From Balanoglossus misakiensis (taxonomy: Eukaryota; Animalia; Hemichordata), in assembly GCA_040954595.2 (NCBI GenBank), contig JBECUI020000039.1, positions 62,001-126,000 on the forward strand: a stretch of 64,000 bases of DNA. The letters run 5' to 3'. This document shows positions 64,000 to 64,000 of this stretch, one piece after another (position 1 is the first letter of the stretch; the number at the start of each line of letters is the position of its first letter). The translations under genes were made by a program, and so were the position numbers. Below the pieces are notes generated by a model. The model saw nothing but the letters and a program-made list of their open reading frames with translations. It had not been told where the DNA came from and did no database searches.

Positions 64000-64000
64000 T

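Overview
Spirochaete chromosomal window. The assignment rests on RpoB Asn at the E. coli S531-equivalent, spirochaete-type gene order and lipoboxes. Bases 1-45.4 kb are core genome: tuf (5' end), rpsG, rpsL, rpoC, rpoB, rplL/J/A/K, nusG, secE, tRNA-Trp and tRNA-Thr, two paralogous beta-barrel genes, mutL, an unannotated rpsU with an ATC start, recJ, pdp, recO, lon, two DUF115/Maf genes, a GldAFG-like ABC operon, rnz and fabV. Four genes, including rpoB, carry single-base frameshifts that can be repaired at short homopolymers, probably long-read errors. Bases 45.6-64 kb form an accessory region and hold the best candidate for an undescribed system. Three arrays of a co-oriented ~154-bp non-coding repeat (10 copies plus 1 partial) alternate with two giant paralogous FN3/Ig/GLUG surface lipoprotein genes and an AT-rich gene cut off by the window edge. 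Each lipoprotein gene is a self-contained unit: poly-G19/20 tract, sigma70 promoter, RBS, CDS and terminator. The two repeat copies bracketing each gene share private variants, as expected for a recombination-driven cassette array. No recombinase is visible in the window. Other notable points are the loss of the RpoB gate-loop motif and the absence of rpmG and fusA from their usual positions.
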